Assembly: GCA_036785375.1 (NCBI GenBank)
Contig: JAWMAR010000748.1
Coordinates: 496,001-560,000, forward strand
Length of the DNA: 64,000 nucleotides
From: Leucoraja ocellata
Taxonomy: Eukaryota
Reading direction: 5' to 3'
The notes under the pieces were generated by a model. That model saw only the letters and a list, made by a program, of their open reading frames with translations, did not search any database and was not told the origin of the DNA. The translations under genes and the position numbers were made by a program. This document shows, piece by piece, positions 1 through 13,650 of this stretch (position 1 is its first letter; each line of letters starts with the position of its first letter).

Positions 1-221
1 TTCTCCCTGTAACCCTGGGGGTTTCCTCCGGGTGCTCCGGTTTCCTCCCACATCACAAAGACGTGCAGGTTTGTAGGTTTATGGGCCTTTGTAAGTTGTC
101 CCTTTGTGTGTAGAGTGGATGAGAGCGTGAGATAAAATAGAACTGTAAGTGAATGATCGATGGTCGGCATGGATTTGGTGAACTGAAGGACCGTTTTCCC
201 TACTGCGACTGTAAACTAAAC
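1..221 (+). mobile_element. HE1-type V-SINE (cut by window edge)
   Basis: V-domain TTCTCCC..GGTTTCCTCCGGGTGCTCCGGTTTCCTCCCAC; (AAACT)n tail. Confidence 0.8.
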
Positions 222-320
222 TCTTCAGACATTCACAAAGTCTGTACATTTATTAGTGTTATACTCAGTAATGTTCACAAATATGTTCAAATAAAACATC
301 CTTGTCACTCATGTAGCCCC

Positions 321-680
321 CTTAGTTTAGTTTATTGTCACGTGTACCGAGGTACAGTGAAAGGCTTTTGTTGCGTGCTATCCTGTCAGCGGAAAGACAA
401 TACATGATTACAGTCGAGCCATTCACAGTGTACAGCTACCACGATTAAGGAAGAACGTTTAGTGCAAGATAAAGCCAGTAAAGTCCGATCAAAATAACAG
501 TTCAGACCTGCTCTCTAGTTGTGGTAGGATGGTTCATCCAGGGCGCCACTTGTCTTTGATTATGCTGCTGGCCTTGCCAAGGCAGCGTGAGGTAAATGGA
601 ATCAATGAAAGATAGGTTGGTTTGTGTCATGGTCTGGGCTGTGTCCACAATTTTCTGCAATTTCTTGGGATCTTGCGATC
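321..680 (-). mobile_element. Rex1/Babar-like LINE 3' end
   Basis: Reverse complement of tail ...cttttcactgtacctcggtacacgtgacaataaactaaact. Related copies at ~15030-15260 (+) and ~39000-39460 (+). Confidence 0.6.
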
Positions 681-716
681 CGGAGGTGATATCCCTTCAC
701 CTGTTTGATGGGTGTT

Positions 717-1400
717 CAAAGGTTCAAAGGTTTCTTAATTAGTCACCTACACCAATTGGTGTAGTGAAATGCTTGTTGCCAATGCAGCACATAAAAAAAA
801 GAATACAAACATGACAATAACAAAGAAATGTAACATAAAAATCATCCCCCCACAATGGTTTCCACTATGAGGGAAGGCACTAAGTCCAGTCCCATCCCCA
901 TGTCCACCCATAGTCGGGCCTATTGAGGCCTCCACAGTCGCCGCTACAGAGGCCTGATGTTCCAGGCCGTTCTCGCCGGGTGATGGTGCTCCGGCGTCGG
1001 GAGAATCCTCTCAGCGGCATGGGACACCTGGAACGGCCGCCTCCTTACTCGAGACGGCGGCTTCCGAGCCGACAGGCCGCGCTGGATGGAGCTCCACCAC
1101 TGGCGATCTCAGCGAGAGATCCCAGGCTCCCGATGTTAAAGTCAGCGCCGCCGCCTGCGGCTGGCCGCTCGGCAGTCCCGCAGCTCAGCGATGTTCATCG
1201 GCGGTCTTCAGCTCACCGGAGCTCCAGCGCGGCGACCCGGGTAAGGCATCGCCCGCTCCACGATAGCGCTCCAGCGCTGTGCCGCCGCCAAAGCTGAGGT
1301 TCTGGGTGGTCCCCTCAGGAAACCTCGCTCCAGGCCTGCTGGTAGGCCGCGAGGACAGGTCGAAATTGCAGCCCGGAGAAAAGCTGCCTCTCCGATCAGG
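717..1400 (-). mobile_element. GC-rich non-autonomous retroposon with Rex1-like tail
   Basis: Tail (reverse complement) catttcactacaccaattggtgtaggtgac + (CCTTTGAA)n; CpG-rich body. Confidence 0.55.
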
Positions 1401-1404
1401 TAGG

Positions 1405-1560
1405 GACCTGGTGTCCCCAGCAGACTCTGCTCCTCAATGTCCAGCAGTGGAAGGACTCTAGACTGTGGTCGTCTACCACAGAGCTTTGGCAATTGCTGAG
1501 CAGAACTTCAGTGAGTCCCTCAGCACGTACTCCTGCAGTCTGGAATGGGCCTTGCACAGG
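1405..1560 (-). mobile_element. Tx1/L1-type ORF2 C-terminal relic
   Basis: LCKAHSRLQEYVLRDSLKFCSAIAKALW resembles the C-terminus of Tx1-like ORF2 proteins (recalled). Confidence 0.5.
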
Positions 1561-2065
1561 TACATATATCGGAAAGATTTACAGGGATCACTTTTTATTT
1601 CTATAGCACATTTAAAAAACAACTCTCGTTGGCCAAAGTGCTTTACATTGGTGGAGGTACTAACGTTATACAACATTTACAGTTATAGAGATATACAGTA
1701 CGGAAACAGGCCCTTCAGCCCAACGCGTCCATGCCGAAAAAGATGCCTGATCTAGCTGGTGCCCATCTGCCCATGATTGTCGGAAACAGGTACTGTATAT
1801 GGGTCAATTATGGGCATATGGGCACTAGCTAGATCAGGCATCTTGTTCGGCATGGACGCGTTGGGCTGAAGGGCCTGTTTCCGTGCTGTATATCTCCATG
1901 ACTAAATATAGTTAGTACTAAGGTGCCACAAGAAACTGCAGATGTTGGTTTACTGGCCTTCTCCAGTTTATCTGCAACCACCCCTTCTCTAACACAGAGC
2001 CTCCCTACCCCACGCTCTACCATTCACCAGCTGTTAAGCGCTAGGTCTATGAAAGTCTCTGTTAA

Positions 2066-2380
2066 GTTTTAGTTTGGAGTTTAGTATCGAGATACAGCAC
2101 GGAAACAAGCCCTTCAACTCACCGTCCACACCGACCACCAATCACCCGTTCACACTAGTTCCACGTTATTCCACTTTCTCATCCACTCCCTACACTAGGG
2201 GCAATTTACAGAGGCCAATCACCCTACATGCCAGCAGGGATCGGAGAGGAAGACCCCAGAGGAAACCCACGCGTCACAGGGAGAATGTGCAGACTCCTCA
2301 CAGACAGCAGCCGAGGTCAGGACAGAAGCCGGATCTCTTGCACTGTGAAGCAGTGGCTCTACCTGCTGCACCACTGTGCC
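2066..2380 (-). mobile_element. HE1-type V-SINE
   Basis: tRNA-like head (A/B boxes), V-domain, CR1-like tail. Confidence 0.8.
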
Positions 2381-4489
2381 GTTCTAATCCCTGTTGCAAC
2401 TTCCTGTTCTGTTTTAATAAATTGTCTCAAACATCTTTAACCAAGTCTTTTTTCTCACCACAAACTTAGCTTCACTCTCTTCTCTCTGCTACTGTTTTGG
2501 TTTCTGCAAAACAAAATTCCTTTGGGATATCTTCTAATGTTTTAGTTGTAGGATATATGTTTAGTTGCCACTGGAACTGGTTACCTTCGAAGGACACGAA
2601 ATGCTGGAGTAATTCAGTGGGTCAGACAACATCTCTGGAGAAAAGGAATAGACGTTTCAGGTCGAGACTCTATTCCTTTTCTCATGGGATGATGTCTGAC
2701 CCGCTGAGTTACTCCACCTCTTTGTGTCATATCTTCAGTTTAAGCCAGCAGTTCCTTCCGACACAGTTATCTTTGATATTGCTCAAAACTTTCATTCTTC
2801 CTCAATGAGTAATTACCCTGACCTTTGTGTTAGTGAATCAAACAGATTATAAGTGTGTGTGTGATTCATTATATTCTAATGATATCAGAAAGAACTATTG
2901 ATCTCAATAAAAATACATCAAGTGTTGGAGTAACTCAGTGGGACAGGCAGCATTTTTGGAGAACATGGCAAGGTGATGTTTTGAATCGGGACCCTTCTTC
3001 AGGTTTATTGTGGTGGGGAGATGGCTGGAAGAGAGGTGGGGGCAGGACAAAGCCTAGACACAGGGAACTGCTCATGTGGGTTTACAAAAAGGACAAAGTG
3101 CTGGAGTAACTCAGCCAGTCAGGCAGCATCTCTGGAGACCATGGCGAGGTGACGGTTTGGTTCCATCTTCCCCAGAGATGCTGCATGACCCGGGTGGCTG
3201 CCTCGCCAACAGTCTTTCTGTCCTTTCTTTTTTGTTAGTTTTAGTATGTTAAAAAGTATGTTTTAGTGTTCGTTGGTTTGTTTATGTGGGTGCTGGGGGA
3301 GAAGGGGGGGGGGTGAAATTTTTTCACCTAGACGGAGATGCAATTTTTTTCCGTATCGTATCTCCTTCCCCACTGCAGTTTAACATTGTGGAGTTGGTGG
3401 CTTTTCCTGGAGACCGACCCGGCGCTCCAAGCAGGAACGGGAGCCTGTGGGACTTCAACATTGTGAAGCCCGCGGTCTCTGGTAAGAAGAGGCCGATTCG
3501 GGAGCTCCATGCCGCGGAGTGAGTTTCAATTGCCCCGAAGTTTCGATCACCCCGACGGGGACTTTGATCATCGGCCGCGGGGCCTTTGATCGCCCCGACT
3601 GCGGATGGTTTGGCTGCCCCGACTGCAGGAGAACAAAGATGAAGAAGATTGAACTTTATTGCCTTCCGTCACAGTGAGGAATGTGGAATCCACTGTGGTG
3701 GATGTTTATGTTAACTTTTATGTGTCTTGTTGCTTTTCACTTGGTACTAGACTAAGTGGGACCGTTGGGTCCCAGTCACACGGGAGGGGGGTGTGGGGGA
3801 GGTGGTGTGTGGGAAGGGGGGTTTGGGGGAGGGGGTGTGGACTAAAATAAACTCTCAACTTCTCTACGCTACAGGGTATCAGAAGTCATACCAAATTCTA
3901 TACATCATCCTTAAAGGTATATACACTCACAATATGTGCTACACACTCTTTGTGCTGATTACATTTTTTGGAAGGAACTGCAGCTGCTGGTTTAAATCGG
4001 ATAGACCCAAAAAGCTGGAGTAACTCAGTGGGTCAGACACCATTTTGTTGATTGGTATCATAGAGTCACAGTGTGACACAGTGTGGAAACAGGCCCTTCG
4101 GCCCAACGTGCCAACACCGGCCAACATATCCCAACTATACTCGCCTATCTTCGGTGTAAACCAACATCTGCTGTTCCTTCCTACGTGTTTTGTAAACCTC
4201 TCTGGCCATCTTTCTGGCCTGTGTTTGGTCCATATCCCACCAAACCTGTCCTATCCATGTGCATTACATTCTACAGGATCAAAATATGGCAGTTCGTAAC
4301 TTTGCAGCAGTCACAGGCTGAAGACAGGTTGAGCTCTGCGGAACAACCCTTGTCCACAGGGTTATTTACATGGGATGCAATGCAACCAGCAAATGTTACC
4401 ACCTTGCAATATAAGGTTACATATATAAGTTAGTGTCTGTGTCTGTTCTTGGGTGTAAACCAGCAGTGTGTGGGAATCCTTGCAATGCA

Positions 4490-4790
4490 TGTTTAATTCG
4501 AGGGACTGTCCCCGGGACGTTGACAAGTGCCCGGGGGGTAAGGGGAGGCGCGCACCCGTGTCGAGGTGATGCGCGTGTACGCGCGCGGAAGGAGGGAAGC
4601 GGCGGGAGCGCGCTTGCCGTGCCCGTGCCCGTGCCCGCGCGCGTCCCCTCTCCAGGCGCGTCTCCTCTCCAGCCTGCGGCCTGCGCCGGGCCAGGCCTCG
4701 GGCTCGCTTTCACCCCCTCGCCCGGAGGAGGCGACTGCACACCGGCTCATCTTCCCCGGTACAGCACTCCCTCTCCTCAACGCACGTCCC
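4490..4790. promoter_or_regulatory. CpG island, likely POLM promoter / non-coding first exon
   Basis: Dense CpG/GC non-repeat segment ~1 kb upstream of the ATG exon. Possible donor GG|GTAAGG at 4538. The ATG exon is preceded by a splice acceptor. Confidence 0.55.
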
Positions 4791-4922
4791 CTCTCCTTTT
4801 TATAATGAACAAGTTTCATTTGTTAAACGTAACTCCTCCTTTTGGCCGTTTCCCGCAATTAAAATCCACATTATAACAATTAAATGTAACTTTTTTGTTA
4901 AATGTGACTTTTCTGTTCAATT

Positions 4923-5266
4923 TTAGATGCAGGAGAAATGTTCCCCATGTTGGGGGAGTCCAGAACCAGGTGTCACACAGTTTCAGAATAAGGGGTTGGT
5001 CATTTAGGACTGAGATGAGGAAAAACTTTTCCACCCAGAGAGTTGTGAATCTGTGGGATTCTCTGCCACAGAAGGTAGTGGAGGCCAATTCACTGGATGT
5101 TTTCAAGAGAGAGTTAGATTTAGCTCTGAGGGCTAAAGGAATCAAGAGATATGGGGAGAAAGCAGGAACGGGGCACTGATTCTGGACAATCAGCCATGAT
5201 CATATTGAATGGCGGCGCTGGCTCGAAGGGCCGAATGGCCTACCCCTGCACCTATTTTCTATGTTT
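4923..5266 (+). mobile_element. CR1 LINE 3' fragment
   Basis: FRTEMRKNFSTQRVVNLWDSLP plus conserved CR1 3'UTR. Confidence 0.9.
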
Positions 5267-5692
5267 TCCTTGTCAACTATGTTAGCTTTTATCTTAAATT
5301 TTGCTCAGGACATTGAGTCCATGTTGACACCATATTTCTCCAACAATTGGCCTGTTTTATCTGCTAAATGTTACCCCCCGACCTTTGCCATGTTGCCATC
5401 CCCAGCTTATTCAAATTATAAAATTAATATTAATTAACGTAGTCGACAAGGAAACAGATGCGGCAAAGTAGAAAAGTTAAGTTTAATAACTATAATGTGG
5501 AATTTGATGGAAGGAAATGTGAAGGGCAACAGCCAAAATCAGGAGTTAAGTTTCAGAATAAAACTTGTCAATCATAGAAAGTTAATCTGTTTAAGTTTCA
5601 CTCCTGATATTGACCCAGTTGCTATCCTTGTTTTGATGTTAACTGTTGTCCCACCATTTTCTCCCTCAGGTTCCCTTGCCTTGCCCGCAACC

Positions 5693-5904
5693 ATGGCGCT
5701 GATGCCTCGTAAGAAGAGGTGTAAAGATGTAGCGGTGACTTCTGTATACGACGGCTCTTTGGATGGAAACAGCACAGTTGGCAAGAAGGTCAAGTTTGGT
5801 GACGTTGGTGTATTTCTGGTCGAGAGGAGGATGGGGTCAAGCAGGAGAAGGTTCCTGACGGAGCTCGCTTGGAAAAAGGGGTTTCGCGTGGAAGAGCAGA
5901 TGAG
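5693..5904 (+). CDS. POLM: DNA polymerase mu, coding exon 1 (NLS + BRCT start)
   Basis: Kozak caaccATGG. Encodes MALMPRKKRCK...FGDVGVFLVERRMGSSRRRFLTELAWKKGFRVEEQM, matching the Pol mu/TdT N-terminus. Donor AG|GTGAGT at 5905, phase 2. Acceptor ctccctcag ends at 5669. Confidence 0.9.
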
Positions 5905-8559
5905 GTGAGTGGGCTAGAGTTGTACCTGACTCTAGAATCTGACAAACTTGAAATAAGCTGAACAGTAAATTTAACACAACTTAGGACTAATGTAATGAAA
6001 CTCCAAAAAACAAGACATTTAGTGCTGGTATAATTTAGTGGGCCAGGCAGCATCTCTGTTAGGCGGGAGAAGGTGAAACGTCACCTAAAGGTGAGGTGGA
6101 TTGAGCTTCAGGGGAGCCCTCTAAGTTGGAGTCCAGGAACAAGCTGGTCCCCTGCTCATTGGACCTGGCGGACCACCGGCCTGGAAGGAGGAGACCACCG
6201 TGCCATCACCTGTTTGTCCATCGGGAGGATGAAGCCAGCGATGACAGGCGAGGAGTAGGATCAGTAGGAGAGGAGAGGGGACCAGGGTCTGGCCTACCGA
6301 GCCCTCGTCGTAGGCTGCGGCAGGCAGGCACCCCGTGGAACAAAGATGGACAGGCGAGGCGAGGGACATGCCGTCCAAGGAAGGAGACGGCTGGAGGCCC
6401 GCAGCTGCCTGGAACTTGCCTGGAACAGACGCCACTTATGAAGCCTAGCGCATGGACTTTGGAAATGGCGCCAAAACATGGTGCCTCTTGCATGTGGGGC
6501 CTTAGACTTATTTTGGTACACTTGCCAATCGGGGGCATGGCAATACACTATTGGACTGTTTGTAAGGAAAATAATTTCTCTGTGTTCGCAATTCGCACAT
6601 GAGACAATAAAAAAGCACCATTGAACCATGTTCTCCAGAGATGCTGCCTGACCCACTGAGCGACGCTGTAAACCAGCATCTGCAATTCCTTGTGTCTAAT
6701 GAAATGCCAACTGTTTTGTGAGATGGGCAATGCGGAAGAACCAAATATTAAGTGCTTTTCTTTTGCAAGAGACAATAGCATATGGTTAAGAAGGAACTGC
6801 AGATGCTGGTTTAAAGCGAAGATAGACACAACAAGCTGGGAGAACTCAGCGGGACAGGCAACATCTCTGGAGAGAAGGAATGATCAGTCCGAAGAAGGGT
6901 CTCGACCCGAAACGTCTCCAATTCCTTCTCTCCAGCGATGCTGCCTGTTCCGCTGAGTTACTCCAGTTTTTATGGCTGTCTATAGCAAATGTTTAAGCAG
7001 TTTGGATGTTTTTTGTAACAAAAGCAAAATCTTCCAGTTGCTGGAAATCTGAAATAAAAACAGAAAATGCTGAAAATACTGCAGCTTACTGCCATAAATG
7101 TCTCTCGTGTTTTCTTAATTTATTTGAAGTATTTTTCATTTCCTGGCCATGAGTATTTACTGTCCAGACTTAATTGGCCTTGTGAAGGTAGTAGTGAATA
7201 ATGCTTTCAAAGTTAGTACATTCCTGGTGAAGGGTCTTGGATGGGTGTTCAAAGCTTTAGAGCCAACAACCAAAGATGTATTTCCAAGGCATATGATGTT
7301 TTGGAGGAAAACTTACAGATGCAGAAAAGCAAAAATGGAAAGGTTTAGGATGGCATTTGCAGGATAATGTTATAAAGGTCTTCCACTGATTAATGTCAGT
7401 TGGTGATCCAGGTAACCTGGAGATACTGAGATACAAGGATCTGCAGATGCTCAAATCTTGAGCAAAACACAAAGTGTTGGAGTAACTCAGCAGGTCAGGC
7501 AGCATCTGTGAGGGGATAAACAGATGACGTTTTGGGTCGGGACCCTTCTTCATTTCTCTTTTTCTCCCACAGATACTGCCTGACCCACTGAGTTATTCGA
7601 GCACTTTGTATTTTGACCAGGAGATATAAATAGGGTTGCAGAGCTGAAAAAAGCAAGATAAAGAAAAATTGAGGCAAATTTTGAAATCAATATATAAAGG
7701 GAATGGAGGACCATCAATCTGGCTAAAGCACAGTGTAGTAGTGTATGAGTGCGTACAGAATTAGTTTGTAGTTTACCAAAGGAAGATGAAGCTTCTGTGT
7801 TTTTTATGGTGTAAACTTTAGATGTGGAGAGGATGTTTCCACTAGTTGGAGAGTCGAGGACTAGAGGTCATGGCCTCAGAATAAGCGAGTTTGGTATTCC
7901 GAAAAAACGCAAGGAATCATGGGATTTGTCAAAGGTCACAAGCGATAAAAACGCTTGGTAGCCGTGCCGCGGCATGGACATAGACCTGCGCCTCATCTGC
8001 AGCCAGGATCTATCCCGGGTCTCCAGCGCCGCAATCGCTGCCGAACCGCCACTGGACCATCCCCGTGCAGACATCAGGAGTCGATAGGGAGCATTGCCCC
8101 CAGGCAGTGCAGAGAGGCAGCGCTAAATCCAGCTCAACTCTGCCTGTCTCGCCGGGTTAACCTACAACCCTGCCTGGACTGACGGGACACCAGCCTGGAG
8201 CCGTGAAACATGAAAGCAGTTTGTAAACTAGAAGCAGTTTACTATCATGGAGGAAAAGGCAACTATCCCAGGCTTTGAAAACGGTGTTGCAAGATTCACT
8301 GCAGTCGCGGGAATAAAGGAAATTAAATATTGAGAAATTGGAAGCTTATACATGCTGCAGCAGGTTGCAAAGTGTGACATAACATGACGCAAAGGACATG
8401 ATCATCTTATGATTTGTTAAACACATGTGAAACACGGAAATGTCTGCAATATATTCTTTCTGTAAAGCTGACAAAGATAGAAAAGGTTTTGTTGTTATTC
8501 TATACTTCTGTGCCCGAATTTTGAATAGATTGGACCATGAGCTGGACAGTTGTAATACT

Positions 8560-8985
8560 GTTGGAAGGAACTGCAGATACTGGTTTACACTGAAGATAGG
8601 CACAAACTGCTGGGGTAACTCAGCGGGATATACAGCATCTCTGGAGAGAAGGAGTGGGTAACGCTTTTGGTCGAGACCTTTCTTCAGACAGAGAGTCAGG
8701 GGAGAGGAAGTCTAAAGGTGTGAAAACGACAGATCAAAGCAGACGATGATAAAGAAATGTAGCGTGGTTCATTGTTAGCTGAGGGGAAGATGACAAGGAA
8801 TCAGGAAAATTAATCAGAAGGACGGTACTAGTCGGAGAACTCGGGTGGGGGAGGGATGGAGAGAGAGGAGATGCAAGGGTTACTTGAAGTTAGAGAAATC
8901 AATATTCATACCACTGGGGTGTAAGCTGCCCAAGCGAAATATGAGATGCTGTTCCTCCACTTTGTGTTGGGCCTCACTCTGACAA
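8560..8985 (-). mobile_element. Penelope-like 3' fragment
   Basis: Reverse complement of the GIY-YIG C-terminus (QHLIFRLGSLHPSGMNIDFSNFK) plus terminal repeat. Confidence 0.8.
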
Positions 8986-11035
8986 TAAGCGAGTTCGGTA
9001 TTCCGATTGCGCATGCCCAGGTCATAGGTCACTCGCTATAAAAAGTCTGGGCAACTGTGGTGCTGCGTTGTGTGCAGGATTGCGTATCGTCGGATGTCGT
9101 GGTCCGGCCTGGCTCTCCGGCGCTGTGTGCTAAGTGTTGCTGCTGGGCCCCGTCCCTGACTGGAGGTGTCCGGGGTAGGCCCTGGGCTGGCGGGTCGGCC
9201 CTGGACTTGCAGCCGCTGGCTCCAGCTCGGCTCTGCCTGCCCCGCTAGGTTGGTCGGCAGCACTGGACTGGCGGGGTCGGGCCTAGCGCTGTGGCCGCTG
9301 TGGAGTTGTTGCTGGGCCGTGCCCGTCATCTTCCAGGAGTCCCATCCGTGTCCGCTTCCCTCTGTCTTCCTATCACTTATGAGATCTGCTGTGGATCTGT
9401 TGCAACAGAAAGCAGACTGCAGTAGCCAAATCAAGTTTGAATCCAATCTACTAATTCACTGTGGCTCCCTTATGCCTAGATCTTCTGGATCAGCCTTCCA
9501 TAATGAACCGAGTCAAATACTGATTCTGTTTGCCATCCAGAAATCTAGGTGGAAATGTGTACTGCCAGACAGTGAGTAAGGGTAGGATTGGGTTCATATG
9601 CTGCCTGCTCATTAATAGTGATTTGGGTAGTTTACCAGAAGTATTGCCGTGGTGAGTCAACGTTGATGGCAGTGAATCAAAATGAAATATTTATTAACTT
9701 GCGATTTAATGGTACTCTTCTGTTATCTGCAATGCATTGGAATTGCCGCAGGGCCTGTTTTGCGGAATGCTCCCAGTTCACAGGGTAAATGCCACAATGA
9801 GAGGAATGAAATCTAACAAACATTTAGAAAGTGTTAAAACTGTAATCCTCACCTCTTTGGAAAATAAGCCAAAATACTTTTTATATGTTTGGGCTGTTGA
9901 TCTTTAGCCAATACTGGTATTTAAAATCACTGGAATGAAGTTAAACAGCAGTTTGCATCTGGAATTAAATCCAAATTTTAAAAAATGACCAATGGCCACC
10001 AATTAGTCCCGTATAGTTAAAGATGTCCCAGAATACTCGCCTGGCATCTTATCCATTGCTTTTGTGCTCATAATGGTGGGATTGTCAAGGAGGCTAACTG
10101 TGTCCTGATAACCGGAGTGGATATTTTGTTGCTCTGCAGCAACATTTTGAGACAAAATAGACCCTCTTGACCCCTCTCCTCTTTATTTTCCTCCCTTCTC
10201 TTGTGCCCTACCGAGGTGTGCAACCATTTCTCTCAATATCTCGTTATCCCTTTCCCTCCTCCTCCCCATCCCAGTCCCCTTCCACCCATATCCCTTCCAC
10301 TGGCCTCACATTTCACTCCTCTCCTCACCGTACACCCTCTTGTCTCCTTTACATCTGTAGCCTTTGATCACCCATCCACCAACCAAACCCCCTCTCATCT
10401 GTGTACACCTACAACATCAGGCTTTGTCTAAGCCCTCCCTTTTTCCCAGCTTTCTCCACTCCCCCTACTACAGTCAGTTTGAAGAAGGGTCCCGACCCGA
10501 AATGTCAGCTGTCCATGTTCTCCAGAGATGTCGCCTGACCTGCTGAGTTACTCCAGTACTTTGTGTCTTCTTGTAAACCAGCATCTGCAGTTCCTTGTGT
10601 TCCATCTTTACCATTGCCTGTCCAATAGCAACATCAAATATATGGTATTCCAGTTAGCTTAGCAAACCTGACTTACAGTGCCATCTATAATGTTGTCTAA
10701 TTTTCTCCAGTACACACCAAATCCTCTGCTTTATGTCCTTGATTTCTTCCGTCCCTCTGTTTGCAAAGTAATGGATCCACAAGCCAAACCAGAAAGACAT
10801 TTTTAGAAAATGAGTTGGGAGATCAGAGAACTAAGTACGAAAGCCATTTTAGAATACTCCTAATTTCACAACGCACATATCAACTCATGACAGGATTAAT
10901 TCCAATTTGTTTTCAAGAAAAACAGCCGTTAATATTTCAGATGTAGGCTCTAACTGGAATTTTATTTGTGCCACGTTCTGATTTGTACGTGGGGTAGTTT
11001 TGAGTTTTGTGAATTTTACTGTTTCTTCCTTCCAG

Positions 11036-11216
11036 TGACTTGGTTACTCATGTTGTGGCAGAGAATAACACTGGCAACGAGGTTTTGGAATTGCTGGAAA
11101 AACAGAATGGAATTTGCAGAGCTGGGTTTGATGCAGTCCTGGTGGATATTGCATGGTTTACTGAGAGTATGGGGGCGGAAAGACCCCTGGAAGTGGAAAA
11201 TCGCCATCGACTTCAG
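11036..11216 (+). CDS. POLM: DNA polymerase mu, coding exon 2 (BRCT)
   Basis: ttccttccag|T; (S)DLVTHVVAENN...LVDIAWFTESMGAERPLEVENRHRLQ; donor GT at 11217; 181 nt, phase 2 to 0. Confidence 0.92.
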
Positions 11217-11362
11217 GTATTTAATGAAAACTTTCTTGGATAACACAATTTAATAATTTACAAAAGTGTAAGCATTCATTTTTTGAGATGCAAGGAACTG
11301 CAGATGCTGAAATCTTGAATAAAATACAATGTTGGAGTATCTTGGCAGGTCATGCAGCATCT

Positions 11363-11660
11363 TAGTTTAGTTTGGATATACAGCGCTTTGGGCCGAGTCC
11401 GCATTGACCAGCGATCCCCGCACATTAACACTGTTCTACACACATTAGGGCCAATTTTACATTCATAACCAAGCCAATTAACCTACAAACGTGTGTGTCT
11501 TTGGAGTGGAGGAGGAAACCGAAGATCTCGGCAAAAACCCACGTGTTCACAGGGAGAATGTACGAACTCCGTACAGACAGCACCCGTACAGATCGAACCC
11601 GCGTCCCTGGTGCTGAAAGCACTGTAGGGCAGGAACTCTACTGCTGCGCCACCATGCCGC
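11363..11660 (-). mobile_element. HE1-type V-SINE
   Basis: tRNA head with GGTTCGATC B-box, V-domain, (AAACT)n tail. Confidence 0.82.
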
Positions 11661-13262
11661 ATTTGTGGAAGGAACGGATAGGTGGCATTTAGGGTTCGGG
11701 CCTAGTTTGTGATATTTTGTCAAATACAACAGGAAGGTTTGATTCATGATTAGGTCATTGTTGATATTGATAGCTATAATTGCATAGTTCACCCTCAATA
11801 TCTGGCTCTGTGTCCACGTTGATCCCATCTGGAAGCAACAGTGACTGGAAGGCCATCAATGTAGTGAGAGGTCAAGCAGTCCATCTGCTGGCCTTTCCTG
11901 TGCAGAAGCCGTCCGTAACCGAACACTGGGAGAATATGACCTGCGTGTCAGGATCGAACCCGGGTCTCTGGTGCTGTAAGGCAGTAGCTCTACCACTGTG
12001 CCACCGTGCCGCCTGGGCTGTACTGCTCTATGTTCTGACAGGGGACTGGTGAGGGAACAGGATGTGGAGAGCAATAGAGATTGGCCTCAGATCCTGTTCA
12101 TGAGAGGAGGCAATAGGAGCCAGGAGTCCCATAAGGTTCAACGCTCCTCCATCAGCGATGGATATACAGTGGTCTGCAGGGACAGCCTGAATCACGACCA
12201 AAGTGTCCTTCATTTCAACTATTTTAAAACTTTTAGGAAGCTGAGCAGAGTCTGACTTGTCTGTGTCAGGTAGTGAGGTCAGCAGCCACTTTAATGCGAG
12301 TTTCAGCTTTATACTAAACTAAACTAATATTTAGCTTGGGCAGCTTACAATCCAGCATTATGAATTTTGCTAACTTCAAGTAACCCTTGCATTCCCTCTC
12401 TCTCTCTCTCTCTCTCTCTGTCCCTCCCCCACCCCACAGTTCACTGTCCTGATTAATATTACTGTTTGTTTGCCTCCTTGTAAACTTCCCCACAGCTAAC
12501 ATTGAACCATTCTACATTTCCTTAGCATCGTCCGCTTTGATCTTTCGTTTTCACACCTTACCCATCCATATCTCTAGACTCTTTCTAGTAAAGGCCTAGC
12601 CTGCCCAACCTCTCCCTATGGCTCAAGCCCCTAAGTCCTGGTACCATCTTCATGAATCCTCTGCACAATGTTTGCAGTTCAGCAACATCCTTCTTATAGC
12701 AGGGTGATCAAAACCGAACGCTGTATCGAGTGCGGCCTTGCCAACATCCTGCACAAGTCTTTTTGTACATGATAGAATCAAATCTATTCAAGAGTACTTT
12801 GCAGGTACTATGGCAACTAAGAATCATTTAGACTGGTGCATGGTTAGGGCAGGTTGAGAGGGATATGGGCAAAATGCAGGCAGGTTGGACTGGTGTAGAT
12901 GAGAGATATTGGCTGGTGTGGGCAGGTTGGGTGGACGGACCTTTCCACACTGAGACTCTATGACTCTAGTATTATTTCTCCATATATTCCGAATAAGAGA
13001 AGTCAATGAAGCTTGATGTTGACAGATGAGCATTTGAAATACTGAACATATTTTCTAAAGAGTTGCAGTCAATGGTTACATCAGTATAGTTCCGTGTTGC
13101 TTTGCAACAGGGATTTCCCAACATTGCAATTTAACTTGGTTGTTTTTATTCACTCACTGTAAGTGGACATTGCTGGAGTAGGCAATGTTGAATGCCTGTT
13201 CACTGTGTGTTTAAGAGGCCGGACCTTGGCATTGAATGGCTGCAATCCCTGTGGAAAAGGGT

Positions 13263-13650
13263 CTCTGGAATTTAGAAGGATGAGAGGGGATCTTATTGAA
13301 ACATATAAGATTGTTAAGGGTTTGGACACGCTAGAGGCAGGAAACATGTTCCCGATGTTGGGGGAGTCCAGAACCAGGGGCCACAGTTTAAGGATAAGGG
13401 GTAAGCCATTTAGAAAGGAGATGAAGAAACACAATTTCACACAGAAAGTTGTGAGTCTGTGGAATTCTCTGCCTCGGAGGGCGGTGGAGGCCAGTTCTCT
13501 GGATACTTTCAAGAGAGAGCTAGATAGGGCTCTTAAAGATAGCGGAGTCAGGGGATATGGGGAGAAGGCAGGAACGAGGTACTGATTGTGGATGATCAGG
13601 CATGATCACATTGAATGGCCTACCCCTGCACCTATTGTCTATCGTCTATC
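13263..13650 (+). mobile_element. CR1 LINE 3' fragment
   Basis: LEFRRMRGDLIETYKI...TRGHSL...WNSLP. Confidence 0.9.

Noticed and set aside
923-1297. GC-rich ORFs at 923-1492, 4417-4876, 6126-6602 and 9036-9579
   Set aside because: No recognisable domains or consistent splice structure; explained by GC-rich repeats or the CpG island.
1685-1900. Inverted repeat of about 80 bp
   Set aside because: Two opposing CR1 3' tails; a common configuration with no evidence of separate function.
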